A stretch of 64,000 nucleotides of DNA from an uncultured Nitrososphaerota archaeon (GTDB lineage Archaea; Thermoproteota; EX4484-205; JAAOZO01). Positions 39,504 through 48,962 of the stretch are shown piece by piece. The stretch covers positions 64,001-128,000 of the forward strand of contig CAYOYV010000001.1 in assembly GCA_964408285.1 (NCBI GenBank), written 5' to 3'. The translations under genes and the position numbers were made by a program. The first letter of the stretch is position 1. Every line of letters starts with the position of its first letter. Below the pieces are notes generated by a model. The model worked only from the letters and a program-made list of their open reading frames with translations, did not search any database and was not told the origin of the DNA.

Positions 39504-40796
39504 ATGGATTCACTTGCCATCGAAGGAGCAGAACCAATCCGTGGTCCAAAGAATCCCTTGCCGGATCCATGGCCTCGTGAAGTGGGACCCAATGCCCTTA
39601 CCTATCTAGAAGAATGGGTGAGAAGCGGCAATACAGCTGATCTGCTCGGGAGATTCGATGAAGCATTCGCTCGGCTTAACGGCGCGAGGTACGCCATTTC
39701 AGTGGCGAATTGCACAGTCGCTTGCCACACTGCGATCTCAGCCGTTGGGGTTGGCCCAGGAGATGAGGTCATAGTCAGTCCAATCTCTGACTATGGTACC
39801 CTTTATGGCATCATAGCCCAACGTGCTATCCCGGTCTTTTCGGATGTGAATCCTTTGAACGGGAATGTGACAGCCGAGGATGTGAAGAGGAGGATAACCT
39901 CGAAGACGCGGGCCCTTATTCTCACTCATTGGGCTGGCATAACCATTGATATGGACCCTATCATGGAGATCTCAAGCTCGTACAACCTTCCGGTGATCGA
40001 AGACTGCTGCCAAGCGCCTTTGGCGAAATATAGGAATAGCAATGCAGGCACGATCGGCTCCTTGGGCTGCTTCAGCTTCGACAATGAGAAACATATCTCG
40101 TGCGGGACCGGTGGCGCCCTGATCACAGATGAGGAGGTCTACGCAAAGAGGGCATCCAATTTCGCTGAAGCCCGTGGTTCCTTCGTCGAAGATCCTCTCT
40201 ACGGGAGACGTCACAAGATACTAGGCTGCAATTATCGATTCGATGGGCTGCGGGCAGCAGAATGCCTTGCTCAGATAGAGATTCTGCCAGTTCAGGTTGC
40301 AAGGAGAAGATACCTCGGAGCCAAGCTCAACAAGTTGCTTTCCGAAATTGAGGGCATTAGGCCCTGCCCGATTCCAGCCGATGGAGATGCCGTCTACTGG
40401 ATCTTCCCATTCATCGTTGAGACAGAGGCTCTATGTGTCGATTTGGACACGTTTGCAGCTGCGCTGAATGCAGAAGGATTAGCAGCAAGCTCAGGCAGAT
40501 ACTACCTGATTCCAGATAGCCACGATCTACTGAATGATCTAAGACACACTTACTCCATTGGAGACAGGCCTGGCGGGAATCGAGACACTTACTTTGATAG
40601 GGAATATTCAGCGGGCATGACGCCAAAGGCAAAGTGGTATGTAGACCATATGCTCAGGTGGACTTTCACGGAAAAGTACAGCGATAGCGATGTGGAAGAT
40701 ATAGCGACGATAATATCGAAAGTGGCGAATCGTTATAGGAGAAAGACTCTTCATATCAGCCGGCCAAATCGAGGACTAATGAACCCAGAAATGTAG
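39504..40796 (+). CDS. DegT/DnrJ/EryC1/StrS PLP aminotransferase
   Basis: GVGPGDEVI, VIEDCCQA, GCFSFDNEKHISCG.GG (PLP lysine), G.NYR; start trimmed to ATG 39504. Confidence 0.9.
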   Translation: MDSLAIEGAEPIRGPKNPLPDPWPREVGPNALTYLEEWVRSGNTADLLGRFDEAFARLNGARYAISVANCTVACHTAISAVGVGPGDEVIVSPISDYGTLYGIIAQRAIPVFSDVNPLNGNVTAEDVKRRITSKTRALILTHWAGITIDMDPIMEISSSYNLPVIEDCCQAPLAKYRNSNAGTIGSLGCFSFDNEKHISCGTGGALITDEEVYAKRASNFAEARGSFVEDPLYGRRHKILGCNYRFDGLRAAECLAQIEILPVQVARRRYLGAKLNKLLSEIEGIRPCPIPADGDAVYWIFPFIVETEALCVDLDTFAAALNAEGLAASSGRYYLIPDSHDLLNDLRHTYSIGDRPGGNRDTYFDREYSAGMTPKAKWYVDHMLRWTFTEKYSDSDVEDIATIISKVANRYRRKTLHISRPNRGLMNPEM

Positions 40797-40797
40797 C

Positions 40798-41718
40798 TCA
40801 AGTCACAATGAACTTCAATGCATCCCTCAGCGTGCAGATCGCGACTTTTTCTGGCTTGCTGAATGCGGCCTCTAGCAATGCTGGAAGCATCGTATTGGCT
40901 CGATCATGAAGATAATGGCTGTAGGGATGCCAACACAAAGTCCATAGAAGGCGATTCTCGTATGCATGATCCAAACAGGCGAGGTTGACTTCAATCCATT
41001 TCTTGAGAGCATCAGGATGAGTCCAAGGACAACTCCAATCGTAAGGAACTGGACGATGACCCTTTTCCAACCTCCATGATCTATATGCGGCTGGGTCGAT
41101 CAGCTTATAGTCATCAAACCAGATCCTGTCCGTCCATCCCTGGAATGGAATCTCAACCAAGCCAGACGGATACACAAGAGGAAGATTCCGCGATGGTGTG
41201 CTCGAGAAGTAGCTCCAATCATTCCTGTGGATCAGTGAGGTATCGTATTCGCCGCTGACGAATCTATAGCTGTTCGCGAGTATCACGTTCTGATTCTCTA
41301 TGTCCAATGCACCATTGGGATATCCGCCCGGGCCCCTCAAGAGCTTTGACCCAATCCCAAGTCTTTCTCGGAAGAGCTCATTTGCCATCTTCAAGTCATG
41401 ATCAAGTTGAACCGAGGAGGTCTCTGCCAGATTGACGTGATTGTAGGTGTGACAATCGATGGCATGCCCTCTTGCCATGATCTCTCGTAGGTGTGAGACT
41501 ACCTCGTCGACTTCAAGACCATTCGCTATCTGAAAGAATTGGAGATGAACGCCATGCGCTTCCGCTGTGTCACACAGCATGTCCATGTAGTCCCTAAGAA
41601 AGGGCGGAGTCCTCCCATGGCATACACCATCCGGGGCATATCCTCCTGCTGTGTCGGTGTCATAGGTTATGGCGACAGCACATCTCACGTTGCTTGGCAG
41701 CTTCATCCTAGCCGGCAT
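40798..41718 (-). CDS. polysaccharide deacetylase (NodB/CE4-like)
   Basis: AITYDTD, GH.IDCHTYNH, LRGPGGY, LVEIP, WHP. Confidence 0.8.
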   Translation of the reverse strand: MPARMKLPSNVRCAVAITYDTDTAGGYAPDGVCHGRTPPFLRDYMDMLCDTAEAHGVHLQFFQIANGLEVDEVVSHLREIMARGHAIDCHTYNHVNLAETSSVQLDHDLKMANELFRERLGIGSKLLRGPGGYPNGALDIENQNVILANSYRFVSGEYDTSLIHRNDWSYFSSTPSRNLPLVYPSGLVEIPFQGWTDRIWFDDYKLIDPAAYRSWRLEKGHRPVPYDWSCPWTHPDALKKWIEVNLACLDHAYENRLLWTLCWHPYSHYLHDRANTMLPALLEAAFSKPEKVAICTLRDALKFIVT

Positions 41719-41902
41719 TGGAGCGACATGCTGAAACTGAGCACGATGATAACCCTTACTGTTTCACCGTTCGGGGTCTGTCTTCTCAATGATAGAGATA
41801 AGGGAGCGTGCGCGAGCTCCAGCTCAGATGAGTTGTCTGAGTGTATTTTGCCTGAAGAATCTTCTTAGAACATCGCGTGCGACGGAGGCCAATGACCAGA
41901 AA

Positions 41903-42421
41903 TCATGGCCCTTTGAGCAACTTCTCTTCGAACTCAACAAACTCCTTGTGCCTTTCTTCAATTGTATGAAGAGACTTCTGTATCCTCTGATGTTCCTTCT
42001 CCAGCTCCTCCGGTATTGGCAACTGAGCCTTCGCATAATAATCATAGATTGCTTCATGGAGGGCATCAACGGCAAGTAGGGAGCAATGTAGCTTTATTTG
42101 GGGTAGTGGCTTCCCCAATTTCTGCACCAGATCATCTTTGGTAATCGCTGCGGCTTCCTCTATCGTCCTGCCCTTGACCATGGTCGTCAGCATACTACTG
42201 TTGCTTATCGCCACAATGCAGCCAAATGTCTCGAACTTGATGTCCTTGATGACCTTCAGCCCTTTCTTGCTCAGACCGACATTGAGATACAACTTCATGA
42301 GATCGCCACATAGCAGATTGCCAGCCTTCCCAATGCCATTTGCTTTTCTTATTCTGCCTACATTCCTTGGATTTCTAAAATGATTGACTATCTCCTTGGA
42401 GTACATAGAAGGGGGTTGCAT
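41903..42421 (-). CDS. iscU: Fe-S cluster scaffold, IscU/NifU N-terminal family
   Basis: YS....HF.NPRNVG, GN..CGD, FETFGC, K.HCS.LA. Confidence 0.93.
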   Translation of the reverse strand: MQPPSMYSKEIVNHFRNPRNVGRIRKANGIGKAGNLLCGDLMKLYLNVGLSKKGLKVIKDIKFETFGCIVAISNSSMLTTMVKGRTIEEAAAITKDDLVQKLGKPLPQIKLHCSLLAVDALHEAIYDYYAKAQLPIPEELEKEHQRIQKSLHTIEERHKEFVEFEEKLLKGP

Positions 42422-42422
42422 C

Positions 42423-43592
42423 TTACCATCCCTCCTTGAACGGGGAAATGGACCTCAGCTTCCCTACTGCCTCAGGGAGCACCTTGAGCGCGAATTGCAC
42501 TTCTTCCATGGTTGACCATCTGCCCAGGCTAAGTCTCAGACTTCCGTGAGCTTGCTCATGCTTGAGTCCGATTGCCACGAGCACATGACTCGGTTCCAAA
42601 GACTCGGAAGAACATGCAGAACCTGTCGAAGCGGCCAGACCTCGCATGTCCAATTGTGCGACTAGGCTTTCTCCTTCGATGAAGGCAAACCAAAAATTCA
42701 CGTTGTTGGGCAGTCTGAGCTTCGAATGTCCATTAAGATGAGCTTCCTTGATGTCGCTGATACCTCGTATGAGTCTGTCCCTAAGCCTAGTCAATCTTTC
42801 TGCCTCTGCATTCATTTCCCTTTTGGCTATCTCAACTGCGGCCGCGAAACCGACTATTCCAGGGATGTTGACTGTTGAGGATCTCAATCCGAACTCGTGC
42901 CCTCCACCGTGCAACAGAGGCTCGATCTTGACGCCTTCCGAAATAAACAAGGCACCAACACCCTTGGGACCGTACATCTTATGAGCGCTAGCGGTGAGAA
43001 GGCCCACATTCATTCTCTCAACGTCAATGGGTATTTTACCATAGGTCTGAACGGCGTCCGTGTGGAAAAGGACATCTCTCTCGCCGCAGATCTTCCCGAT
43101 TTCCTGTATCGGTTCTATTGTCCCAATCTCATTGTTCGCATGCATGATCGAAACCAGAATAGTATCCTTCCTCATTGCCTCATCCAGATCAGCTGGGCTT
43201 ACCATTCCACACTTGTCAACTGGCAGATATGTGACATCGAAGCTCTGTTCCTGCAGCCAGTGCACTGAATTGAGTACGCAATGGTGTTCTATGGACGAGA
43301 CAATAATATGCTTTCCCCTGTTTCTTCTCGCAAGTGCTATTCCTTTGATTGCCTGGTTATTGGCCTCAGTTGCGCTCCCCGTGAATATGACCCTGCCAGA
43401 TCTCGCCTTCATCAGGTCCGCAAGTGTGAGTCTTGATTCCTCTAGGATCTTCCTGCTCTCTTGGCCCCATGAATGCAAGCTCATAGTATTTCCAAACTTC
43501 TTCGAAAAATAGGGCATCATTTCCCTGAGCACCCTTGGATCAACTGGAGTTGTTGCGGCGTAATCCATGTAGATTTTCCTCATGGGGAGCAC
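42423..43592 (-). CDS. iscS: cysteine desulfurase (IscS/NifS)
   Basis: YMDYAATTP, NNEIGTI, HTDAVQ, SAHKMYGPKG, STGSACSS. Confidence 0.95.
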   Translation of the reverse strand: MLPMRKIYMDYAATTPVDPRVLREMMPYFSKKFGNTMSLHSWGQESRKILEESRLTLADLMKARSGRVIFTGSATEANNQAIKGIALARRNRGKHIIVSSIEHHCVLNSVHWLQEQSFDVTYLPVDKCGMVSPADLDEAMRKDTILVSIMHANNEIGTIEPIQEIGKICGERDVLFHTDAVQTYGKIPIDVERMNVGLLTASAHKMYGPKGVGALFISEGVKIEPLLHGGGHEFGLRSSTVNIPGIVGFAAAVEIAKREMNAEAERLTRLRDRLIRGISDIKEAHLNGHSKLRLPNNVNFWFAFIEGESLVAQLDMRGLAASTGSACSSESLEPSHVLVAIGLKHEQAHGSLRLSLGRWSTMEEVQFALKVLPEAVGKLRSISPFKEGW

Positions 43593-43783
43593 CTCAGAGT
43601 CCAGGGAGTCTTTTCGATTTCGCTTTGGTCAACTGGTTTCTCAGGCCAGGACATATCAGGCAGAAACGACATCAGATCATTCAACTTACGGGCCGTTCAA
43701 CATATAACGCGGTTATATTTACGTTTTTCTCCCTCTGGAACTGAGGAAGTTGGCCCAAGACCGTTTCGATTCGTCTTTCATAC

Positions 43784-44764
43784 TCAGATGGGAGGCGGGA
43801 TCCTTCTTCTCTCCTCGGGTTTCTTCCGGATCCACTTCGCGAATTCCTTGCTGACAGGCATTTCGGAATAGAGGTCCCTTCTCCTCGCCTCCAGGAGAAT
43901 CGGCCCAAGGCCTTCATATTTGGCAGCGGAAAAGAGCTCATTTCCGGTTGTAAGTGCCACAGTGAATGCCCCCTCGATCTCGTCTCTCCACTTCTCGCTC
44001 CTCATGAGGTGGTGATCTATAACAGTTGTGTTGACGACAGCGACTACTTCCGTGATGCTCTGCACTGCTCGGTCCAATCTCTCCTTGCTCAGTGAAGAGG
44101 GAACCAGATAGCTAGGGGGCCCCCCTACGAAAAGCAAATCGGGCTTCTCGTTTACTATAAGATCAGTCGTGTCCTTCACCATGGGGCCTTGGACATCGGG
44201 GGCAAAGACGAATTTCTCATCTGAGTACGTTATAGACGGAATAAGGACAAAGCCCAAGTGCCCTTGTTCTTCACCGTGCGGCACTGGTCTCGAGAAAGCG
44301 ACCCGCGTGTCGCCGAACTGGAAAGTGGTGGAATCGGCTGCCTTGACTTCCTTTGCTTTTCCGTCTAGAAATCTCCAGAAATACCAAGCCCTCAGCTGCT
44401 GAGCGTAGTTTATGTTTTCCTTCGGATTTTTCGCCAGTATCGTCTTGTCTAGATATATCTCCTTCGCGACTTCCTTGCTGCTCCATGTCCATGTGAAATC
44501 GCTATTGAAGCCAGGAGAAAAGTGGTCAAAGTGGTAGTGAGTGGTCACTATGACATCGGCCCTATGACAATGCTGTCTCAATCTCTCCCTGGCCTGGGAC
44601 AAGGCTTTGTATTCAGAAGGATGCGGCAAGAGACTGAATCTCGGACCCAATGCAGCACCTGCATCAAGAACGATCTTGATGTCTGGGGTCTCAACATATG
44701 TGGCCATGCTTCTGACCCCAAATGACTCTGCTGCCAAGATCCTTACCCTTATCTTCCGGAGCAT
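43784..44764 (-). CDS. UPF0282-like metallo-beta-lactamase fold hydrolase
   Basis: ESFGVRSMAT.VET.D, THYHFDH, PHG, DVQGP, IDHHL.R. Confidence 0.85.
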   Translation of the reverse strand: MLRKIRVRILAAESFGVRSMATYVETPDIKIVLDAGAALGPRFSLLPHPSEYKALSQARERLRQHCHRADVIVTTHYHFDHFSPGFNSDFTWTWSSKEVAKEIYLDKTILAKNPKENINYAQQLRAWYFWRFLDGKAKEVKAADSTTFQFGDTRVAFSRPVPHGEEQGHLGFVLIPSITYSDEKFVFAPDVQGPMVKDTTDLIVNEKPDLLFVGGPPSYLVPSSLSKERLDRAVQSITEVVAVVNTTVIDHHLMRSEKWRDEIEGAFTVALTTGNELFSAAKYEGLGPILLEARRRDLYSEMPVSKEFAKWIRKKPEERRRIPPPI

Positions 44765-44905
44765 GAAGTCGAGGAACGACCTACCATGATTAAGGTTATT
44801 AATCTATTCGACCAAAAATCGACGGGGGCGATGATTTGTCTGGCCTTTGAGCAGCATATGCTCGGGATCTTGAGTTATGAGCTCCCCATCTAATGTGAGA
44901 AGGAA

Positions 44906-45829
44906 ATGAGCATGACTTCCGATGCGGTGGTTAAGGTAGTGGATCTCCAGATGTCAAGGGCCAGGGAGCTTCTGATACAGGGACTCTCCTTCGAGGTGTT
45001 GATAGGCGAGATATTCGGGATGGCTAGCCACCAGAGAGCACTGGTCAAGGCCATCATCCTAGCGCTGACAGGCTTCATAGCCCCACAGAAAGGCACTATA
45101 AGGTTTGCTGGATTATCCTCCCCTCAGACGGGAAGAAAGGAAGGAAGGATATCTTGGTACCTTTCGGACATGTCATTTCCACCAAAGATGACGGTCCAGG
45201 AGATTCTCTTCTTCTCCGGGTCCATGAGGGGAATGAATTCAAAGGCCAGCAAGGAGAAGGCCGAAGAGCTAACCGGTCTTTTTGGCCTGACGAACATGCT
45301 GAATCAGAGATGGGATTCAATCGGATCCTCGGCGAGACAGAGGGTATCGATTGTGACCTCACTGATGACCGACGCTTCCTACATTGTGATGGACTACATT
45401 CCACCCATAGAAGGTGAATTCGAGTCACTCGTGAGAAATTATCTGGTTGCCTCAACAGGTATCGGGAAGACAATCATCATATGCACCGATAGCCCAGAGG
45501 GATTCTGCGACAGGGTACTAGTAGTGCATGGTCCCAGCACATTCGAGATCGGCCCGCCGGACAGCCTGAAGGTTAGAGCTTTGGGATATGGGACTACTGA
45601 GATAGTTGTCCGCGGGCTCCAACTCCAAGCGGTTGAAGCAGCTCTTATGAGGGCCGATTGCAGTTGGCATTACGTTGGCGAAGACAGACTGGCGATATTG
45701 GCTCCTGGATCTCCAACTGAGACGAATTACGTGATGGCAGAGATATTCCGCAATGGCGGCAGCATCGAAGAGATAAAATCTCACTCGCCAAGTTTCAAAG
45801 ATATCCTAACGGCGAAGAAGGAGGATTGA
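44906..45829 (+). CDS. ABC-2-type transporter ATP-binding-like protein with degenerate catalytic motifs
   Basis: Scaffold LSFEV..GEIFG, LTG...P..G.I, TV.E.L.F, QRVSI, GKTIII, CDRVLV fits ABC NBDs, but Walker A/B, signature and H-loop are substituted. Confidence 0.7.
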   Translation: MSMTSDAVVKVVDLQMSRARELLIQGLSFEVLIGEIFGMASHQRALVKAIILALTGFIAPQKGTIRFAGLSSPQTGRKEGRISWYLSDMSFPPKMTVQEILFFSGSMRGMNSKASKEKAEELTGLFGLTNMLNQRWDSIGSSARQRVSIVTSLMTDASYIVMDYIPPIEGEFESLVRNYLVASTGIGKTIIICTDSPEGFCDRVLVVHGPSTFEIGPPDSLKVRALGYGTTEIVVRGLQLQAVEAALMRADCSWHYVGEDRLAILAPGSPTETNYVMAEIFRNGGSIEEIKSHSPSFKDILTAKKED

Positions 45830-45832
45830 CAG

Positions 45833-46606
45833 ATGAGCGATTTTGGAAGCCTGCTTTCGATTCTGTCCAAAAGCACGCTAAGGAATGCAGCTTATCTGCT
45901 GTTCAACGGGGCATTGATTGCACTGATCCTTTTTGGAGCCTATATCATGAGAGAGTCTCTCATCGCCGATGAGCCGCAGGGAGCTGAACCTTCGTGGGCA
46001 GGCTATCTGATAGCAGTGTCGAGAATGATGCTCATGCCTTCCTTGCTGGCAGCTTTAGCAATAATCGATTCAGTTTTCCTGAGTGAATCGCTCTTGAGAA
46101 GGAACTCGAATGTTGCCCTACTCCACTTCAGCACTCTGGAGCTTTCGTTGTCGTATTCAGTCTTCTGCCTCTTGATATGGGCAGCAAGGACGGCTCTACT
46201 TCTAGGAATAGGATATTCAATGGGTTCCGCAGACCAGGGAGCCGCTAGTTCGACGTTCGAATTGGTGGGTTTGATCTCTGTGTTGCTTTTGAATTGCGGG
46301 ATCGGGCTACCATTAGTTTCTATTCTGATTCCTCTTATGGGGGGAAGGCGTCTGGAGATCGCTGTTATAATACTCTTGTTGACATCCATTCCCATGTTCG
46401 TGCAGGAGGGACTCAAGGGTATTGCTATACGCATCCCGATACGAGAGGTGATCAAGCATATTGCTCCACTAGCTATTCTTCTGCTTCTTTCGTTCCTAGC
46501 CTCTATCGTCGTCCTCTCAATCTGGATCAGCCTCAGGAAATCGAGCGCTCTGCAAGGTTTTCTGACTACGGAGAAGGACATTGTGGGGAATCAGTCAAAG
46601 GCATGA
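45833..46606 (+). CDS. integral membrane protein, probable ABC-2-type permease
   Basis: About six TM segments; starts 3 nt after the ATPase-like gene. Confidence 0.55.
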   Translation: MSDFGSLLSILSKSTLRNAAYLLFNGALIALILFGAYIMRESLIADEPQGAEPSWAGYLIAVSRMMLMPSLLAALAIIDSVFLSESLLRRNSNVALLHFSTLELSLSYSVFCLLIWAARTALLLGIGYSMGSADQGAASSTFELVGLISVLLLNCGIGLPLVSILIPLMGGRRLEIAVIILLLTSIPMFVQEGLKGIAIRIPIREVIKHIAPLAILLLLSFLASIVVLSIWISLRKSSALQGFLTTEKDIVGNQSKA

Positions 46607-47592
46607 AAATTGTCAGAAGCCATGATGGCATAATCGCAGAGATGGGAAGGAGGACAATAGGCCTGGATTACCTAGGGCGCCGTCATCTAACGCAATACTT
46701 CGTTTCGCACGCACATTCCGATCACATATCACGAAGTCTGACAAACAAGGATGTCATCTGCTCATCCCCAACATCGATTTTCGCAAGCATGAGGGGGATT
46801 CAAATGAACCAAGTCGGTTCTTCCGAATTAAAGCTGATTCCAAATGGCCATATGCTTGGTTCCTCGGGCCTTCTAGTCGGGGATCAGCTTCTCTATTCCG
46901 GGGATTTCAATGACAGAGATAGGCCCTTCTCTCTACGCTTCAAGCCTCCCAAGGCGAAGGTGCTTCTCATGGAAGCCACGTATGGCAGACCCTTCTTCAG
47001 GTTTCCTAAGGAACACGATGTGGTCGCTGAGGCAAGAGATAAGATATACGATCTTCTCAATAGGGGAAAGAACGTCATTGTCCTTGGTTATGCGCTTGGG
47101 AAGTCCCAACATCTTCAACTCTTTCTTGACAAATGGTTCACCGGATACAAGACATATATATGGCCAATGATATCGAGATACAACGATATATATCGTCTGT
47201 TCGGTGCGAGGATCTCCGAGAAGACGGAGGCCTCTTCTGCGAGCATTCCGACCATGATGGAGAAGGGTGGATGGCTCCTGTACATGCCGTCATACGCTTC
47301 TCGAATAGCTGTTTATGACGAATTGAGAAAAAAAGGGGCATATTCGATCTCATTCACAGGTTGGGCGGCATATCATGGCTACGCCGAATCAGTGAACGTT
47401 GACTTGGCATTGCCCCTTAGCGATCATGCGGACTTCGAGGGTCTTGTAAGGATAGTCGAAGAAGTCAATCCTGAGCTTGTGCTCGTGACCCACGGATTCA
47501 CGAAGGATTTCACGTCCACACTTCGCAAGATAGGTGTTTCCTCAGGATCAGGGACATTACGAATGCACAAGCTTTCCAGGTATCTAGCCTGA
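46603..47592 (+). CDS. MBL-fold beta-CASP nuclease (RNA/DNA processing family)
   Basis: SHAHSDH, GHMLGS, YSGDF, EATYG.P, GYALGKSQ, LSDHADF, THG; start at ATGA overlap 46603. Confidence 0.85.
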   Translation: MKIVRSHDGIIAEMGRRTIGLDYLGRRHLTQYFVSHAHSDHISRSLTNKDVICSSPTSIFASMRGIQMNQVGSSELKLIPNGHMLGSSGLLVGDQLLYSGDFNDRDRPFSLRFKPPKAKVLLMEATYGRPFFRFPKEHDVVAEARDKIYDLLNRGKNVIVLGYALGKSQHLQLFLDKWFTGYKTYIWPMISRYNDIYRLFGARISEKTEASSASIPTMMEKGGWLLYMPSYASRIAVYDELRKKGAYSISFTGWAAYHGYAESVNVDLALPLSDHADFEGLVRIVEEVNPELVLVTHGFTKDFTSTLRKIGVSSGSGTLRMHKLSRYLA

Positions 47593-48939
47593 TCTTGATT
47601 CTTCGACAAGACTTTCAACGAATCTCATTATTCTGCCAAGACCGCGTTGCGATTCACTCTCCGCCCTTATGACAAGTGCTGGCTCTGTATTGGATGCCCT
47701 TATGGAAAACCACCCGTCCTCCAAAGAGGCCTTTACTCCGTCAAGCGTCTGCACCTCAGTGCCTTGGTTCTTCAGCTTGGCTTCGATCTTCCTGATCATG
47801 TCGAACTTCAGTTCGTCCGGCGCGGGTACCCTTATTTCAGGGGAGAGGCAAGTCTCCCTGAATTCCTTCATGAGCTCTTCTAGCGACTTCCTCTCAACAG
47901 TTAAGAGGTCGAGCATCCTGACGGCGCAATATATGCCGTCGTCGAATCCGTAGTATCTATCTTTGAAGTATATATGGCCCGATATCTCTCCACCGAGCGG
48001 ATAGTCACCATCTGCCATTTCATTGGCTATGTATGAATGTCCCACCTTCGTGAATTTAACTCTCCCGCCGTGAGATACAATGAACTCCTGGACTGCCTTA
48101 GAGATCCTTACGTCAGCTAGTATTGTGGCGCCTTTGTTCTCCCTCAATATGGGCAGACAGAAAAGCCCTATTATGAAATCAGCTGGGATCCATCTCCCGT
48201 TTTTGGCAACAAGACCAAAACGGTCAGCATCCACATCTAGCGCGATTCCGATGTCTGCCCCGTGCTGAATGACCTCTCCCTTCAGATCGGCCAAGGTCTC
48301 CTCCATAACGGGATTGACCATTCCGTTTGGATAAGCGCCGTTCGGTGTCTCGTGGATTATCTCAGCATTGAGGCCGAATCTCTCGACCATTCTCCGGAGG
48401 ATAGGGCCTGCAGTTCCGTTTCCGGTCTCGAAGACGACTCTGATGTCCTTGGACATTTTCATATCCCTGGTGATGTGCTGAAGATATTCTTCCCCGATGT
48501 CTTGCTCCTGCATTCTACCGATCGTTGCTGCCGGTCTTTCCGAAGAAAATTCAGTTACCCTTCTTTCTATGTCTGATATTCCGGTCTCCCTAGTAAGAGG
48601 CCTCGCCCCCTCACTCACAAGCTTCAGACCGTTGTATTGAGGAGGATTGTGAGATGCAGTAATCATTATTCCTCCAGGTGCCCTGTTACGGGCCACACCG
48701 AAATAGAGCAGAGGGGTCGGCACCATTCCGAGATTCACAGCTTCAATTCCTGCCGAGATGATGCCGGCAGAGGAACTGAGCAGAAGAGGCAGACTGTTTG
48801 GCCTATTGTCCATTCCCAAGAAGACAGGGCCCCGTCCCATTTTGTATTTCGAGAAGACGAAGGAGATCTTGTAGGCATCGATTGGATCCAGCGTCTGCCC
48901 ATATATCCCTCGTATATCGTACGCCCTGAAGATTGACAT
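47584..48939 (-). CDS. phosphomannomutase/phosphoglucomutase
   Basis: IFRAYDIRG, ITASHNP..YNG.K, D.DADR, GEISGH, DDGIY, RASNTEP. Confidence 0.95.
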   Translation of the reverse strand: MSIFRAYDIRGIYGQTLDPIDAYKISFVFSKYKMGRGPVFLGMDNRPNSLPLLLSSSAGIISAGIEAVNLGMVPTPLLYFGVARNRAPGGIMITASHNPPQYNGLKLVSEGARPLTRETGISDIERRVTEFSSERPAATIGRMQEQDIGEEYLQHITRDMKMSKDIRVVFETGNGTAGPILRRMVERFGLNAEIIHETPNGAYPNGMVNPVMEETLADLKGEVIQHGADIGIALDVDADRFGLVAKNGRWIPADFIIGLFCLPILRENKGATILADVRISKAVQEFIVSHGGRVKFTKVGHSYIANEMADGDYPLGGEISGHIYFKDRYYGFDDGIYCAVRMLDLLTVERKSLEELMKEFRETCLSPEIRVPAPDELKFDMIRKIEAKLKNQGTEVQTLDGVKASLEDGWFSIRASNTEPALVIRAESESQRGLGRIMRFVESLVEESRSG

Positions 48940-48962
48940 CAGGGAAAAGCCTCTGCGGTTCT

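Noticed and set aside
46294-46602. N-terminal extension of the beta-CASP ORF
   Set aside because: Overlaps the permease gene; homology starts at the ATGA-coupled ATG at 46603
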